A stretch of 44,662 nucleotides of DNA from Vectrevirus T145P2: the sequence record OZ035802.1; one strand, written 5' to 3'. The notes below the pieces were generated by a model that was given only the letters and a program-made list of their open reading frames with translations, did not search any database and had not been told where the DNA came from. Position 1 is the first letter of the stretch; every line of letters begins with the position of its first letter. Shown here piece after piece: positions 8,521 to 17,302 of this stretch. Both the position numbers and the translations under genes were made by a program.

Positions 8521-8967
8521 GGCCATTCCTGAGCATTTGACAGGGTGAGCGTGGGTGGGCTATCTGTTCGTTTCGCTCCACTACGTTACGCTACACTCAC
8601 CGCGCTTGTGTATCCTTGGTATAATCCTGATGGATGGCTTAGGTTAGCCTTAGTGGGATACCTTAGTTAAAGCCTTAGTGCTTAGCTTAGTATCAACTTA
8701 GTAGTGTACCTTAGTAAGTCTTAGTGTCTTCTCTTAGTGATTGCATAGCTAAAGCTATAAGATGCAATTAGGTCGCGGTCGGTAGACCGCTAATAAGAAG
8801 TAATAGTAATAAGATGCAGTAGGAGGAACACCAGAAACCTAGCCAACCTAGTCTATCCTAGCTCTGTATCTATTGCTTTCCTTAGTCTCACATGTTAGAC
8901 AACCTAGGTTTACCTTAGCAGTTGTGACAGGTATCACATAAATAATCTATCTTAGTGCGATTTAGTG

Positions 8968-8996
8968 TTGACGTAGGCAGTTAACAGGTATACATT
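8968..8996 (+). promoter_or_regulatory. candidate host sigma70 early promoter
   Basis: TTGACG - 17 bp - TACATT. Confidence 0.4.
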
Positions 8997-9219
8997 AGCA
9001 ATCAGTCGGGAGCGACATTAAACACTCAGGGTGAATGATAGAGAGCGTCCTTAACTATCCGGCCTAGCTACTGAAGCCGTTAAACAATGTTAGATAGTGG
9101 AAGATGGCGCAAGCATAACCTACCACGATAAACCAAGGTTAGCGCAATGCTCTTTAACAATTTGCTTAGTGTAACCTGTGTATGCCGTGGTTAATTACTT
9201 ATTGAATGAGGAATTAACT

Positions 9220-9336
9220 ATGAATTATGAAGAAATGTATGAAGTCTATTTCGACTCATTAGATGAAGGAGAAGAAGCATTAACCTTCGCTGAGTTTATG
9301 GAGGCTTTATGGAGTTTCTATCATGACTCTAAATAA
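9220..9336 (+). CDS. hypothetical small acidic early protein (38 aa)
   Basis: ATG after GAGGAA; MNYEEMYEVYFDSLDEGEE... Confidence 0.35.
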   Translation: MNYEEMYEVYFDSLDEGEEALTFAEFMEALWSFYHDSK

Positions 9337-9502
9337 CCGTGAACTGTCCGTTCTCTTCACTCTGTTGTGCTACATGATTCGTAACAACGAATTACTTACG
9401 GAGGATGAGTTAGCCTTGTATCACCGATTCCTTAACGAAGGTTGGACCGATACAGTTAATCAATACCGTAACATGATAGATGAATTGAGGGAGGGTAAAT
9501 AA
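9323..9502 (+). CDS. hypothetical early protein (59 aa)
   Basis: ORF with overlapping start; stop overlaps next start. Confidence 0.4.
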   Translation: MTLNNRELSVLFTLLCYMIRNNELLTEDELALYHRFLNEGWTDTVNQYRNMIDELREGK

Positions 9503-9726
9503 TGTATCAACATGAGGTATTTTTTGAATCATCTAGCGAAGCTATTCGCTTCCACGATGATATGCTACAAGCTGGCGTAGGTGTTGATGTACATCACTTC
9601 CTACTAGATTACGACACTGAATATCACCGAGTTACCTTAGTATCTGAGTATGACAACCAAGTCATTACTGAGTATCTAGGTAGTGAAGATTATGATTACG
9701 ATGAAGTAATCACGACAAATCTCTAA
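9502..9726 (+). CDS. hypothetical acidic early protein (74 aa)
   Basis: AGGGAGGG RBS; D/E-rich with DYDYDE tail. Confidence 0.5.
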   Translation: MYQHEVFFESSSEAIRFHDDMLQAGVGVDVHHFLLDYDTEYHRVTLVSEYDNQVITEYLGSEDYDYDEVITTNL

Positions 9727-9734
9727 ATTAACTA

Positions 9735-9763
9735 TTGACAACCACGGCATACAAGGTTACATT
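9735..9763 (+). promoter_or_regulatory. candidate host sigma70 early promoter
   Basis: TTGACA - 17 bp - TACATT, same architecture as 8968. Confidence 0.4.
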
Positions 9764-10010
9764 AAGCATCAAGACGGCGACGTCTTTAAACATCACGCTC
9801 TTTAACAATAGAGATTAGGCCGGGAGTATCGGTGTGAGGGATAAGGAGGCTTTCCCACAATTAAACTGGTGGCAAAAGGATTGCCCAGCTTTATAGCCCA
9901 GTTATGGATAGCAATAGCGTAAGGATGGCAGCACACCCGCGAGTCTAATCTCTAGCTCTTTAACAATCTGGTTTGTGTCTTGATAGGCTTACTAACAAAG
10001 GTGAACTATC

Positions 10011-10175
10011 ATGACTAACGCACAACGTAAACGCTATGATGCATTGCAAGAGAAACTTGCTGTTGCTTATGCCGCTTGGCAAGCTAACACAGACAAGAGC
10101 AAACACGATAAACTTTATAGTAAAGTGGTTGCAATTAATGCTAAAATAGATAAACTTGTGAATAGTATCTTATAA
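10011..10175 (+). CDS. hypothetical basic early protein (54 aa)
   Basis: ATG after AAGGTGA; helical K-rich sequence. Confidence 0.4.
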   Translation: MTNAQRKRYDALQEKLAVAYAAWQANTDKSKHDKLYSKVVAINAKIDKLVNSIL

Positions 10176-10324
10176 GATAGTTGCTGGCACTAGCCAGCCT
10201 ATCAAGGCACAAGCCACGCTCTTTAACAATATGGGTAGTCGCTTCTTAGTCTGGATAGGTTAAACCTAGGGTATTCTTTTGAGTGCCCTATAATGTAACC
10301 TAACTAACTAATGAGGATTAAATC

Positions 10325-10654
10325 ATGGAACGCAACGCTAACGCTTACTACAACCTTCTGGCTGCAACTGTTGAAGCATTCAACGAGCGCATCAAGTACG
10401 ATGAGATTCGTGAAGATGATGATTACTCTGATGCACTGCATGAGGTTGTAGATAGCATGGTGCCAGTTTATTACAGCGAAATCTTTACTGTGATGGCTGC
10501 TGATGGCATTGATGTTGATTTTGAAGATGCTGGTTTGATTCCTGATACGAAGGATGTAACCAAGATTCTACAAGCTCGCATCTATGAAGCTCTTTATAAT
10601 GATGTACCAAATGACAGCGATGTAGTTTGGTATGAAGGCGAAGAAGAGGAATAA
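10325..10654 (+). CDS. ocr: Ocr-like DNA-mimic anti-restriction protein (T7 gene 0.3 homolog)
   Basis: 109 aa, very acidic; recognisable similarity to T7 Ocr as I recall it (IKYDEIREDDD...VPVYYSEIFTVMAADGIDVDFEDAGLIPDTKDV..ILQARIYE) and EEEE tail. Confidence 0.8.
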   Translation: MERNANAYYNLLAATVEAFNERIKYDEIREDDDYSDALHEVVDSMVPVYYSEIFTVMAADGIDVDFEDAGLIPDTKDVTKILQARIYEALYNDVPNDSDVVWYEGEEEE

Positions 10655-10658
10655 TAAG

Positions 10659-10772
10659 ATGGAAAGGCAATATAACTTCATATTTTCAGACGGTGTAACC
10701 CTGAAATGTTCCTTACGATTTGCGCAGATTCGTGAGGAAGTGCTAGGTACTACATACAAACTATTTAGCTGA
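10659..10772 (+). CDS. hypothetical small ORF (37 aa)
   Basis: ATG 5 nt after ocr stop; overlaps the 10763 promoter; weak. Confidence 0.25.
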   Translation: MERQYNFIFSDGVTLKCSLRFAQIREEVLGTTYKLFS

Positions 10773-10787
10773 CACTATAAGAGAAGG
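10763..10787 (+). promoter_or_regulatory. variant SP6-like phage promoter
   Basis: ATTTAGCTGACACTATAAGAGAAGG. Confidence 0.45.
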
Positions 10788-10848
10788 CTTAACAAGGCGT
10801 TGCTACGGTAGCGCCTGATTAAACTTTCACTTACTAGAGGTTAAGATT

Positions 10849-10974
10849 ATGAAACTATCGCCATCCGCTAAAGGCCTCATTGCAGAACTTAAAGATTCTT
10901 TGAGGAATCCAATCATTTGGGCACTTATCTACATACCTTATGGTATCTACCTATTTCACCTCATCACTGAGTAA
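10849..10974 (+). CDS. hypothetical small membrane protein (41 aa)
   Basis: AGAGG RBS; hydrophobic C-terminal half IIWALIYIPYGIYLFHLI. Confidence 0.35.
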   Translation: MKLSPSAKGLIAELKDSLRNPIIWALIYIPYGIYLFHLITE

Positions 10975-11037
10975 CTAGCCTATAGCCTACCTGAGTGGGC
11001 TATGTGATACTTACTTACACTATATAAGGTGATTACT

Positions 11038-11922
11038 ATGACTACTGAAAACGTCCTCCTGTCTGTTCGTGAAGCTGCAACCGCTGAAATCAAGCAGCAC
11101 TTAGACAATATCGGCACTTCTTACATCAAAGTTGGCGCTTGTCTGAATGAATTACGCGGTGATTTCGAAGGTCAAAAAGACTTTTTAGCTTATGTAGAAT
11201 CAGAGTTCGGCATCAAGAAGGCACAATGCTACAAGCTGATGAGTGTAGCCCGTGTCTTTGAAGGAGACGAACGCTTTAAAGGTGTGGCTATGCGTGTAAT
11301 GTTGGCGCTTGTTCCTTTCGCTGATGAAAATATAATCATGGAGAAGGCCGCAGAACTCGCCGCAGCTGGCAAGCTGGACACTAATGCCGTAAACGCCCTG
11401 ATTGAACCTAAGAAAGAGATAAAGACTGAAACGGTACAATCTAAGGCTGAGGCGGTAAAACAGCAGGAGAACGCTACTGAGGCCGCAGAATCACAGGAAA
11501 TGCAAGCGCCGCAGGTAGTGCCACCAGCGAGCGAGCAGGAGGCCGACGAATCAGCACCATGGGAAGAGGAAAGCAAGCCGGAAGCGCCAAAGGCAGCGCC
11601 GCTGGATAACACGGCTAATACCGAAAACGCCGCTATGGCTAGCCTCTTAGCACAAATTAAGGCACTGACTGAGCAATTACAGGCAGCTAATGACCGCATC
11701 GCCTCCTTAAGTAGCGCACGCGAAAGCAAGAAGGCAGCCGCACCTATGCTGCCGCAATTCAAATCTTCCTGCTTCTATGCTCGCTTAGGTTTAAGCGCTG
11801 AGGAGGCAACGAAGAAAACAGCAGTTAACAAGGCACGCCGCGAACTGGTTAAGCTAGGCTATGGTGAAGGCCATGAAGCATGGCCCTTAATCTCTGAGGC
11901 AGTAGAAGAGTTGACTAAGTAA
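11038..11922 (+). CDS. hypothetical early protein with acidic Ala/Pro/Glu-rich linker
   Basis: 294 aa; AAGG RBS; sits just upstream of RNAP like T7 gene 0.7, but no kinase motifs seen. Confidence 0.6.
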   Translation: MTTENVLLSVREAATAEIKQHLDNIGTSYIKVGACLNELRGDFEGQKDFLAYVESEFGIKKAQCYKLMSVARVFEGDERFKGVAMRVMLALVPFADENIIMEKAAELAAAGKLDTNAVNALIEPKKEIKTETVQSKAEAVKQQENATEAAESQEMQAPQVVPPASEQEADESAPWEEESKPEAPKAAPLDNTANTENAAMASLLAQIKALTEQLQAANDRIASLSSARESKKAAAPMLPQFKSSCFYARLGLSAEEATKKTAVNKARRELVKLGYGEGHEAWPLISEAVEELTK

Positions 11923-11985
11923 CCTTATCGGTGGCATCTTCTTAGGTGTCACCTATTAAGGTTTCTTTCACTAGGAGTAAACAAG

Positions 11986-14613
11986 ATGCAAGACCTACAC
12001 GCTATTCAACTTCAACTTGAAGAAGAAATGTTTAACGGCGGTATCCGTCGCTTTGAAGCGGACCAACAACGCCAGATTGCATCCGGTAATGAATCAGACA
12101 CGGCATGGAATCGCCGCTTATTGTCCGAACTAATCGCACCTATGGCGGAAGGTATTCAGGCTTACAAGGAAGAATACGAAGGCAAGAGAGGTCGTGCACC
12201 ACGTGCATTAGCTTTCATTAACTGCGTAGGAAACGAAGTGGCAGCATATATCACCATGAAAATCGTTATGGATATGCTGAATACAGACGTTACCTTACAA
12301 GCAATCGCTATGAATGTAGCGGACCGCATCGAAGACCAAGTACGTTTTAGCAAGCTGGAAGGTCACGCAGCTAAGTACTTTGAGAAAGTGAAGAAGTCAC
12401 TTAAGGCTAGCAAGACTAAATCTTATCGTCATGCGCACAACGTAGCGGTAGTAGCTGAGAAATCTGTTGCTGACCGTGACGCGGATTTCTCCCGTTGGGA
12501 GGCATGGCCTAAAGACACCTTGCTGCAAATCGGTATGACCTTGCTCGAAATATTGGAGAATAGTGTATTCTTCAATGGTCAACCTGTCTTCCTTCGTACC
12601 TTGCGCACTAACGGCGGAAAGCATGGTGTTTACTATTTACAGACCAGTGAACATGTTGGAGAGTGGATAACTGCATTTAAGGAACATGTAGCGCAGCTCA
12701 GCCCTGCCTATGCACCTTGCGTTATACCTCCCCGCCCTTGGGTATCACCTTTTAACGGTGGGTTTCATACTGAGAAAGTAGCAAGCCGTATTCGTCTGGT
12801 AAAAGGCAATCGTGAGCACGTCCGCAAGCTGACCAAAAAGCAAATGCCAGCCGTTTATAAGGCTGTTAACGCTTTGCAGGCAACTAAGTGGCAGGTTAAT
12901 AAAGAGGTTTTACAGGTTGTGGAGGACGTTATACGTCTAGACCTCGGCTATGGTGTGCCTTCCTTTAAACCACTCATCGACCGTGAGAACAAGCCAGCTA
13001 ATCCAGTGCCGTTAGAGTTCCAGCACCTGCGAGGCCGTGAACTTAAAGAGATGCTAACGCCGGAACAATGGCAAGCCTTCATCAACTGGAAAGGCGAATG
13101 TACCAAGCTGTATACCGCTGAAACTAAGCGCGGCAGCAAATCGGCGGCGACCGTCCGCATGGTTGGGCAGGCACGTAAATACAGCCAGTTTGACGCCATC
13201 TACTTCGTGTATGCACTGGACAGCCGCAGCCGCGTCTACGCGCAATCTAGCACGCTCTCTCCGCAATCAAACGACTTAGGCAAGGCATTGCTCCGTTTTA
13301 CCGAAGGGCAGCGCCTTGATAGCGCTGAGGCGCTTAAATGGTTTTTGGTGAACGGGGCTAATAACTGGGGTTGGGATAAGAAGACTTTTGACGTGCGCAC
13401 CGCTAACGTGCTGGATAGTGAATTTCAAGACATGTGCCGCGACATTGCAGCGGATCCGCTTACCTTCACTCAATGGGTGAATGCCGAATCCCCTTACGGC
13501 TTCCTTGCTTGGTGCTTTGAATATGCGCGTTATCTGGATGCACTGGATGAAGGCACGCAAGACCAATTCATGACGCACCTCCCCGTCCATCAAGATGGTA
13601 GTTGTTCTGGTATCCAGCACTACAGTGCTATGCTACGCGATGCAGTAGGTGCGAAAGCGGTAAACCTTAAGCCCTCTGACTCCCCTCAAGATATTTATGG
13701 TGCCGTTGCGCAGGTAGTAATTCAGAAGAATTATGCATACATGAATGCAGAGGATGCGGAAACCTTCACTTCTGGCAGCGTGACTTTAACAGGTGCGGAA
13801 CTGCGTAGCATGGCTAGTGCGTGGGATATGATAGGAATCACTCGCGGCCTGACCAAAAAGCCCGTAATGACACTACCTTACGGCAGCACACGTCTAACCT
13901 GCCGTGAGTCAGTGATTGATTATATCGTTGATTTGGAAGAAAAAGAGGCCCAACGGGCTATTGCGGAAGGGCGTACCGCCAATCCTGTACATCCTTTTGA
14001 TAATGACCGCAAAGACAGCCTGACACCTAGCGCAGCTTATAACTATATGACAGCTTTAATCTGGCCTTCTATTTCGGAAGTGGTTAAAGCTCCTATAGTG
14101 GCAATGAAAATGATTCGTCAGCTTGCACGTTTCGCAGCTAAAAGAAACGAAGGCTTAGAATATCCCTTACCAACTGGCTTCATCTTGCAACAAAAGATAA
14201 TGGCTACCGATATGCTCCGCGTATCCACTTGCTTGATGGGTGAAATCAAGATGAGTCTCCAGATTGAAACAGATGTAGTTGATGAAACGGCAATGATGGG
14301 TGCGGCTGCTCCTAACTTCGTCCATGGTCACGATGCTAGCCACCTGATTCTGACTGTATGTGACCTGGTGGATAAAGGTATTACATCCATTGCAGTCATC
14401 CATGATTCTTTCGGTACTCATGCAGGACGTACCGCAGACCTGCGGGATAGCTTAAGGGAAGAAATGGTTAAGATGTATCAAAACCATAATGCCCTGCAAA
14501 ACCTGCTAGATGTGCACGAAGAGCGTTGGTTAGTAGACACCGGAATCCAAGTACCAGAGCAAGGAGAGTTTGACCTTAACGAAATCTTAGTTTCAGACTA
14601 TTGTTTCGCATAA
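11986..14613 (+). CDS. single-subunit DNA-dependent RNA polymerase (SP6-type)
   Basis: 875 aa; N-terminus [32 protein letters not shown] nearly matches SP6 RNAP as I recall it; conserved [14 protein letters not shown] and HDSFGTH motifs. Confidence 0.97.
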   Translation: MQDLHAIQLQLEEEMFNGGIRRFEADQQRQIASGNESDTAWNRRLLSELIAPMAEGIQAYKEEYEGKRGRAPRALAFINCVGNEVAAYITMKIVMDMLNTDVTLQAIAMNVADRIEDQVRFSKLEGHAAKYFEKVKKSLKASKTKSYRHAHNVAVVAEKSVADRDADFSRWEAWPKDTLLQIGMTLLEILENSVFFNGQPVFLRTLRTNGGKHGVYYLQTSEHVGEWITAFKEHVAQLSPAYAPCVIPPRPWVSPFNGGFHTEKVASRIRLVKGNREHVRKLTKKQMPAVYKAVNALQATKWQVNKEVLQVVEDVIRLDLGYGVPSFKPLIDRENKPANPVPLEFQHLRGRELKEMLTPEQWQAFINWKGECTKLYTAETKRGSKSAATVRMVGQARKYSQFDAIYFVYALDSRSRVYAQSSTLSPQSNDLGKALLRFTEGQRLDSAEALKWFLVNGANNWGWDKKTFDVRTANVLDSEFQDMCRDIAADPLTFTQWVNAESPYGFLAWCFEYARYLDALDEGTQDQFMTHLPVHQDGSCSGIQHYSAMLRDAVGAKAVNLKPSDSPQDIYGAVAQVVIQKNYAYMNAEDAETFTSGSVTLTGAELRSMASAWDMIGITRGLTKKPVMTLPYGSTRLTCRESVIDYIVDLEEKEAQRAIAEGRTANPVHPFDNDRKDSLTPSAAYNYMTALIWPSISEVVKAPIVAMKMIRQLARFAAKRNEGLEYPLPTGFILQQKIMATDMLRVSTCLMGEIKMSLQIETDVVDETAMMGAAAPNFVHGHDASHLILTVCDLVDKGITSIAVIHDSFGTHAGRTADLRDSLREEMVKMYQNHNALQNLLDVHEERWLVDTGIQVPEQGEFDLNEILVSDYCFA

Positions 14614-14620
14614 TATTAAT

Positions 14621-14654
14621 AGGCCATTCCTTAGGGAGTGGCCTTTTTCTTTAC
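14621..14654 (+). terminator. rho-independent-type terminator after RNAP gene
   Basis: AGGCCATTCC-TTAG-GGAGTGGCCT stem-loop followed by TTTTTCTTT. Confidence 0.55.
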
Positions 14655-14687
14655 CTACTACCTGTAACATTTCATTAACATAAAAGT

Positions 14688-14703
14688 GTCTCACATGTGA
14701 GAC
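14688..14703. repeat. GTCTCACATGTGAGAC palindrome, copy 1
   Basis: perfect 16-bp palindrome immediately upstream of promoter. Confidence 0.7.
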
Positions 14704-14704
14704 T

Positions 14705-14728
14705 TATTTACCGGACACTATAGGATAG
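14705..14728 (+). promoter_or_regulatory. SP6-like phage promoter (variant)
   Basis: TATTTACCGGACACTATAGGATAG. Confidence 0.5.
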
Positions 14729-14878
14729 CCGTCGGAGACGGGAAAGAAAGGGAAGATAAAGGATATAAAGGAAGTAATAGGTATTAAAGGTTATATAGGT
14801 TATCTAGGAATACCTAGGAATACCTATTACCTTCTTCCTTCCTCTTATTACCACTTAGAGGAAGGGCAGACCTAGGTT

Positions 14879-14894
14879 GTCTCACATGTGAGAC
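14879..14894. repeat. GTCTCACATGTGAGAC palindrome, copy 2
   Basis: perfect 16-bp palindrome immediately upstream of promoter. Confidence 0.7.
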
Positions 14895-14897
14895 TTC

Positions 14898-14922
14898 GTA
14901 TTTACCGGACAGTATAGATAAG
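14898..14922 (+). promoter_or_regulatory. SP6-like phage promoter (degenerate variant)
   Basis: GTATTTACCGGACAGTATAGATAAG. Confidence 0.4.
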
Positions 14923-14948
14923 ACTAACTCACTTTGGAGATTTTAACC

Positions 14949-15077
14949 ATGCGTAACTTTGAGAAGATGACCCGTAAAGCTAACCGTTTTGACATGGAAG
15001 AAGGGCAGACGAAAGGCAAGAAGCTGAATAAACCTGTCCGTGACCGTGCATCTAAACGCGCTGCGTGGGAGTTCTAA
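14949..15077 (+). CDS. small basic protein, T7 gene 1.1-like
   Basis: 42 aa MRNFEKMTRKANR...; GGAGA RBS; position right after RNAP; resemblance to T7 gp1.1 is from memory. Confidence 0.45.
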   Translation: MRNFEKMTRKANRFDMEEGQTKGKKLNKPVRDRASKRAAWEF

Positions 15078-15080
15078 GTT

Positions 15081-17069
15081 ATGGCTATTATTCAGAATGT
15101 ACCGTGTCCTGCCTGTCAAAAGAATGGACATGATATTACTGGCAACCATCTTATGATATTTGAGGATGGCGCTGGTTACTGTAACCGTGGTCACTTCCAT
15201 GATAACGGCAAGCCTTATTACCATAAGCCAGAGGGTGGCATCGAGATAACCGAATTACCTATTACTGGCAATATCAAATATACACCTTCTCAGTTTAAAG
15301 AGATGGAGAAGGAAGGGAAGATTAGCGACCCTAAGCTACGCGCCATCGCACTTGGTGGTATGCGTATGAAAGACCGTTGGGAGGTCATGAATGAGCAAGA
15401 AAGGGCAGACCAAGAAGCAGAGTGGAAACTTGATGTTGAATGGTTCCTCACGCTTAAGCGTAAGAATCTTGTTTCCCGACACATTCGCGGCGACATTTGC
15501 GCATTGTATGATGTACGTGTCGGACACGATGAAGATGGTAGAGTCTCACGGCATTACTATCCACGCTTCGAGAAAGGTGAGCTAGTAGGCGCCAAGTGTC
15601 GCACATTACCTAAAGACTTTAAGTTTGGTCATTTAGGTAAACTCTTTGGTATGCAAGATCTTTTCGGTATGAATACTTTGTCTCACGTGTTAGACAAGGG
15701 AAGACGAAAGGATTGCTTGCTTATTGTGGGCGGCGAACTGGATGCACTAGCAGCACAGCAAATGCTCCTTGATTCTGCCAAGGGTACTAAGTGGGAAGGC
15801 CAGCCTTACCATGTATGGTCTGTCAATAAAGGTGAGTCTTGCCTTGAAGAGATAGTACAGAACCGTGAACACATCGCCCAATTTAAGAAGATTATATGGG
15901 GTTTTGATGGAGATGAGGTAGGGCAGAAGCAGAATCAGCAAGCGGCTCGCCTGTTTCCTGGCAAATCCTATATCCTTGAATACCCTTCTGGTTGCAAAGA
16001 TGCTAACAAGGCATTGATGGCTGGCAAGGCTAAAGAGTTTGTTGATGCTTGGTTTAATGCCAAGTCATCTGATGAAGTCTTTGGTAGCCAGATTAAATCT
16101 ATCGCATCTCAAAGGGATAAGCTCAAGGCTGCACGTCCAGAGCAAGGGCTATCATGGCCTTGGCCTAAGCTGAACAAGGTAACGCTAGGTATTCGTAAGA
16201 ACCAGCTTATCATTGTAGGTGCAGGCTCTGGTGTAGGTAAGACTGAGTTCCTCCGCGAAGTGGTTAAACATCTTATTGAAGAACACGGTGAATCTGTAGG
16301 CATCATTTCTACAGAAGACCCGATGGTCAAGGTGTCCCGTGCTTTTATCGGCAAGTGGATTGATAAGCGTATTGAGTTACCGCCAACCAACGACCCGAAA
16401 GAAGACGGATACCGTGAGGTGTTCGACTACACCGAGGAAGAAGCTAACGCTGCCATTGATTATGTGGCTGATACAGGAAAGCTATTTGTGGCTGACCTAG
16501 AAGGCGACTATTCTATGGAGAAGGTAGAGCAAACTTGCCTAGAGTTTGAGGCTATGGGCATTTCTAATATCATCATTGATAACTTAACGGGGATTAAATT
16601 AGATGAGCGTGCTTTTGGTGGGAAGGTTGGTGCACTTGATGAATGCGTCAAACGAATTGGTACTATCAAAGACCGACATGCGGTTACGATTTTCCTTGTC
16701 TCTCACCTTACACGTCCTCCGGCAAACCGTACCCAACACGAAGAAGGTGGCGAAGTTATCCTTTCTGACTTCCGAGGCTCAGGCGCTATCGGATTCTGGG
16801 CATCTTACGCCTTGGGGATTGAGCGTAATACAAGAGCTGAAACGCTTGATGAAAGGACTACCACGTACATCTCTTGTGTCAAAGACCGCGACCAAGGTAT
16901 CTACACAGGAACCAAAGTCATGCTCAAGGGTGACATTCAGACCGGACGTTTGAGAGAACCACAAGCTAGAACAAGGTCGTTTGATACAGGCGAAGCAAGG
17001 CAACAAGAAGTACCGGATTTACCGGACACTATAGAAGAGACAACCTTTGACGATGAACAGGGGTTTTAA
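15081..17069 (+). CDS. DNA primase-helicase
   Basis: 662 aa; N-terminal Cys-rich zinc ribbon; Walker A GAGSGVGKTEF; acidic C-terminal tail ending in Phe as in T7 gp4. Confidence 0.9.
   Translation: MAIIQNVPCPACQKNGHDITGNHLMIFEDGAGYCNRGHFHDNGKPYYHKPEGGIEITELPITGNIKYTPSQFKEMEKEGKISDPKLRAIALGGMRMKDRWEVMNEQERADQEAEWKLDVEWFLTLKRKNLVSRHIRGDICALYDVRVGHDEDGRVSRHYYPRFEKGELVGAKCRTLPKDFKFGHLGKLFGMQDLFGMNTLSHVLDKGRRKDCLLIVGGELDALAAQQMLLDSAKGTKWEGQPYHVWSVNKGESCLEEIVQNREHIAQFKKIIWGFDGDEVGQKQNQQAARLFPGKSYILEYPSGCKDANKALMAGKAKEFVDAWFNAKSSDEVFGSQIKSIASQRDKLKAARPEQGLSWPWPKLNKVTLGIRKNQLIIVGAGSGVGKTEFLREVVKHLIEEHGESVGIISTEDPMVKVSRAFIGKWIDKRIELPPTNDPKEDGYREVFDYTEEEANAAIDYVADTGKLFVADLEGDYSMEKVEQTCLEFEAMGISNIIIDNLTGIKLDERAFGGKVGALDECVKRIGTIKDRHAVTIFLVSHLTRPPANRTQHEEGGEVILSDFRGSGAIGFWASYALGIERNTRAETLDERTTTYISCVKDRDQGIYTGTKVMLKGDIQTGRLREPQARTRSFDTGEARQQEVPDLPDTIEETTFDDEQGF
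17005..17030 (+). promoter_or_regulatory. SP6-like phage promoter embedded in 3' end of primase-helicase gene
   Basis: GATTTACCGGACACTATAGAAGAGAC; encodes part of the helicase C-terminal tail. Confidence 0.6.
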
Positions 17070-17230
17070 TGGAAATTATTAAACCAGTATTGAATATCGG
17101 TATTGAGATCCTATTCATGCTTGTGATCGCAGATTATGCTGCACGATATGGATTCAAGAAAGCTGTGAAACTTATCGTTGCATCTGGTTTTATTATGTCA
17201 ATGTTCTTTATTGTAACACGCCTTATCTAG
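17069..17230 (+). CDS. hypothetical small membrane protein (53 aa)
   Basis: TAATG overlap with helicase stop; two hydrophobic segments. Confidence 0.35.
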   Translation: MEIIKPVLNIGIEILFMLVIADYAARYGFKKAVKLIVASGFIMSMFFIVTRLI

Positions 17231-17243
17231 TGTATTTATCAGG

Positions 17244-17267
17244 GCTTGTCTCACATGTGAGACAGGC
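17244..17267. repeat. extended GCTTGTCTCACATGTGAGACAGGC palindrome, copy 3
   Basis: 16-bp core with flanking complementarity. Confidence 0.7.
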
Positions 17268-17302
17268 TCTTATTAAGTACATTAAATAACTGGAGATTGA
17301 TT

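Larger units (their letters stand above)
8083..9170. repeat. non-coding repeat-rich region, probable genome terminus / concatemer junction
   Basis: At least 17 copies of CTTAGT(G) in ~1 kb, no credible ORF; analogous to short repeats flanking T7 terminal repeats. Confidence 0.5.
9149..10230 (+). repeat. four copies of GCTCTTTAACAAT in early-region intergenic sequence
   Basis: Copies at 9149, 9797, 9955 and 10218; copies 2 and 3 flank a ~150-nt segment closed by AGAGATTAG / CTAATCTCT complementarity. Confidence 0.5.

Noticed and set aside
8083-9170. Possible CRISPR array suggested by the repeated CTTAGTG units
   Set aside because: Repeats are only 6-8 bp, irregularly spaced and not separated by uniform spacers; no cas genes anywhere.
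10981-11030. Promoter-like CTTACACTATATAAGG upstream of the 11038 gene
   Set aside because: Shares only ACACTATA with the phage promoter consensus and lacks the TTACTGG upstream half; probably chance or a decayed promoter.
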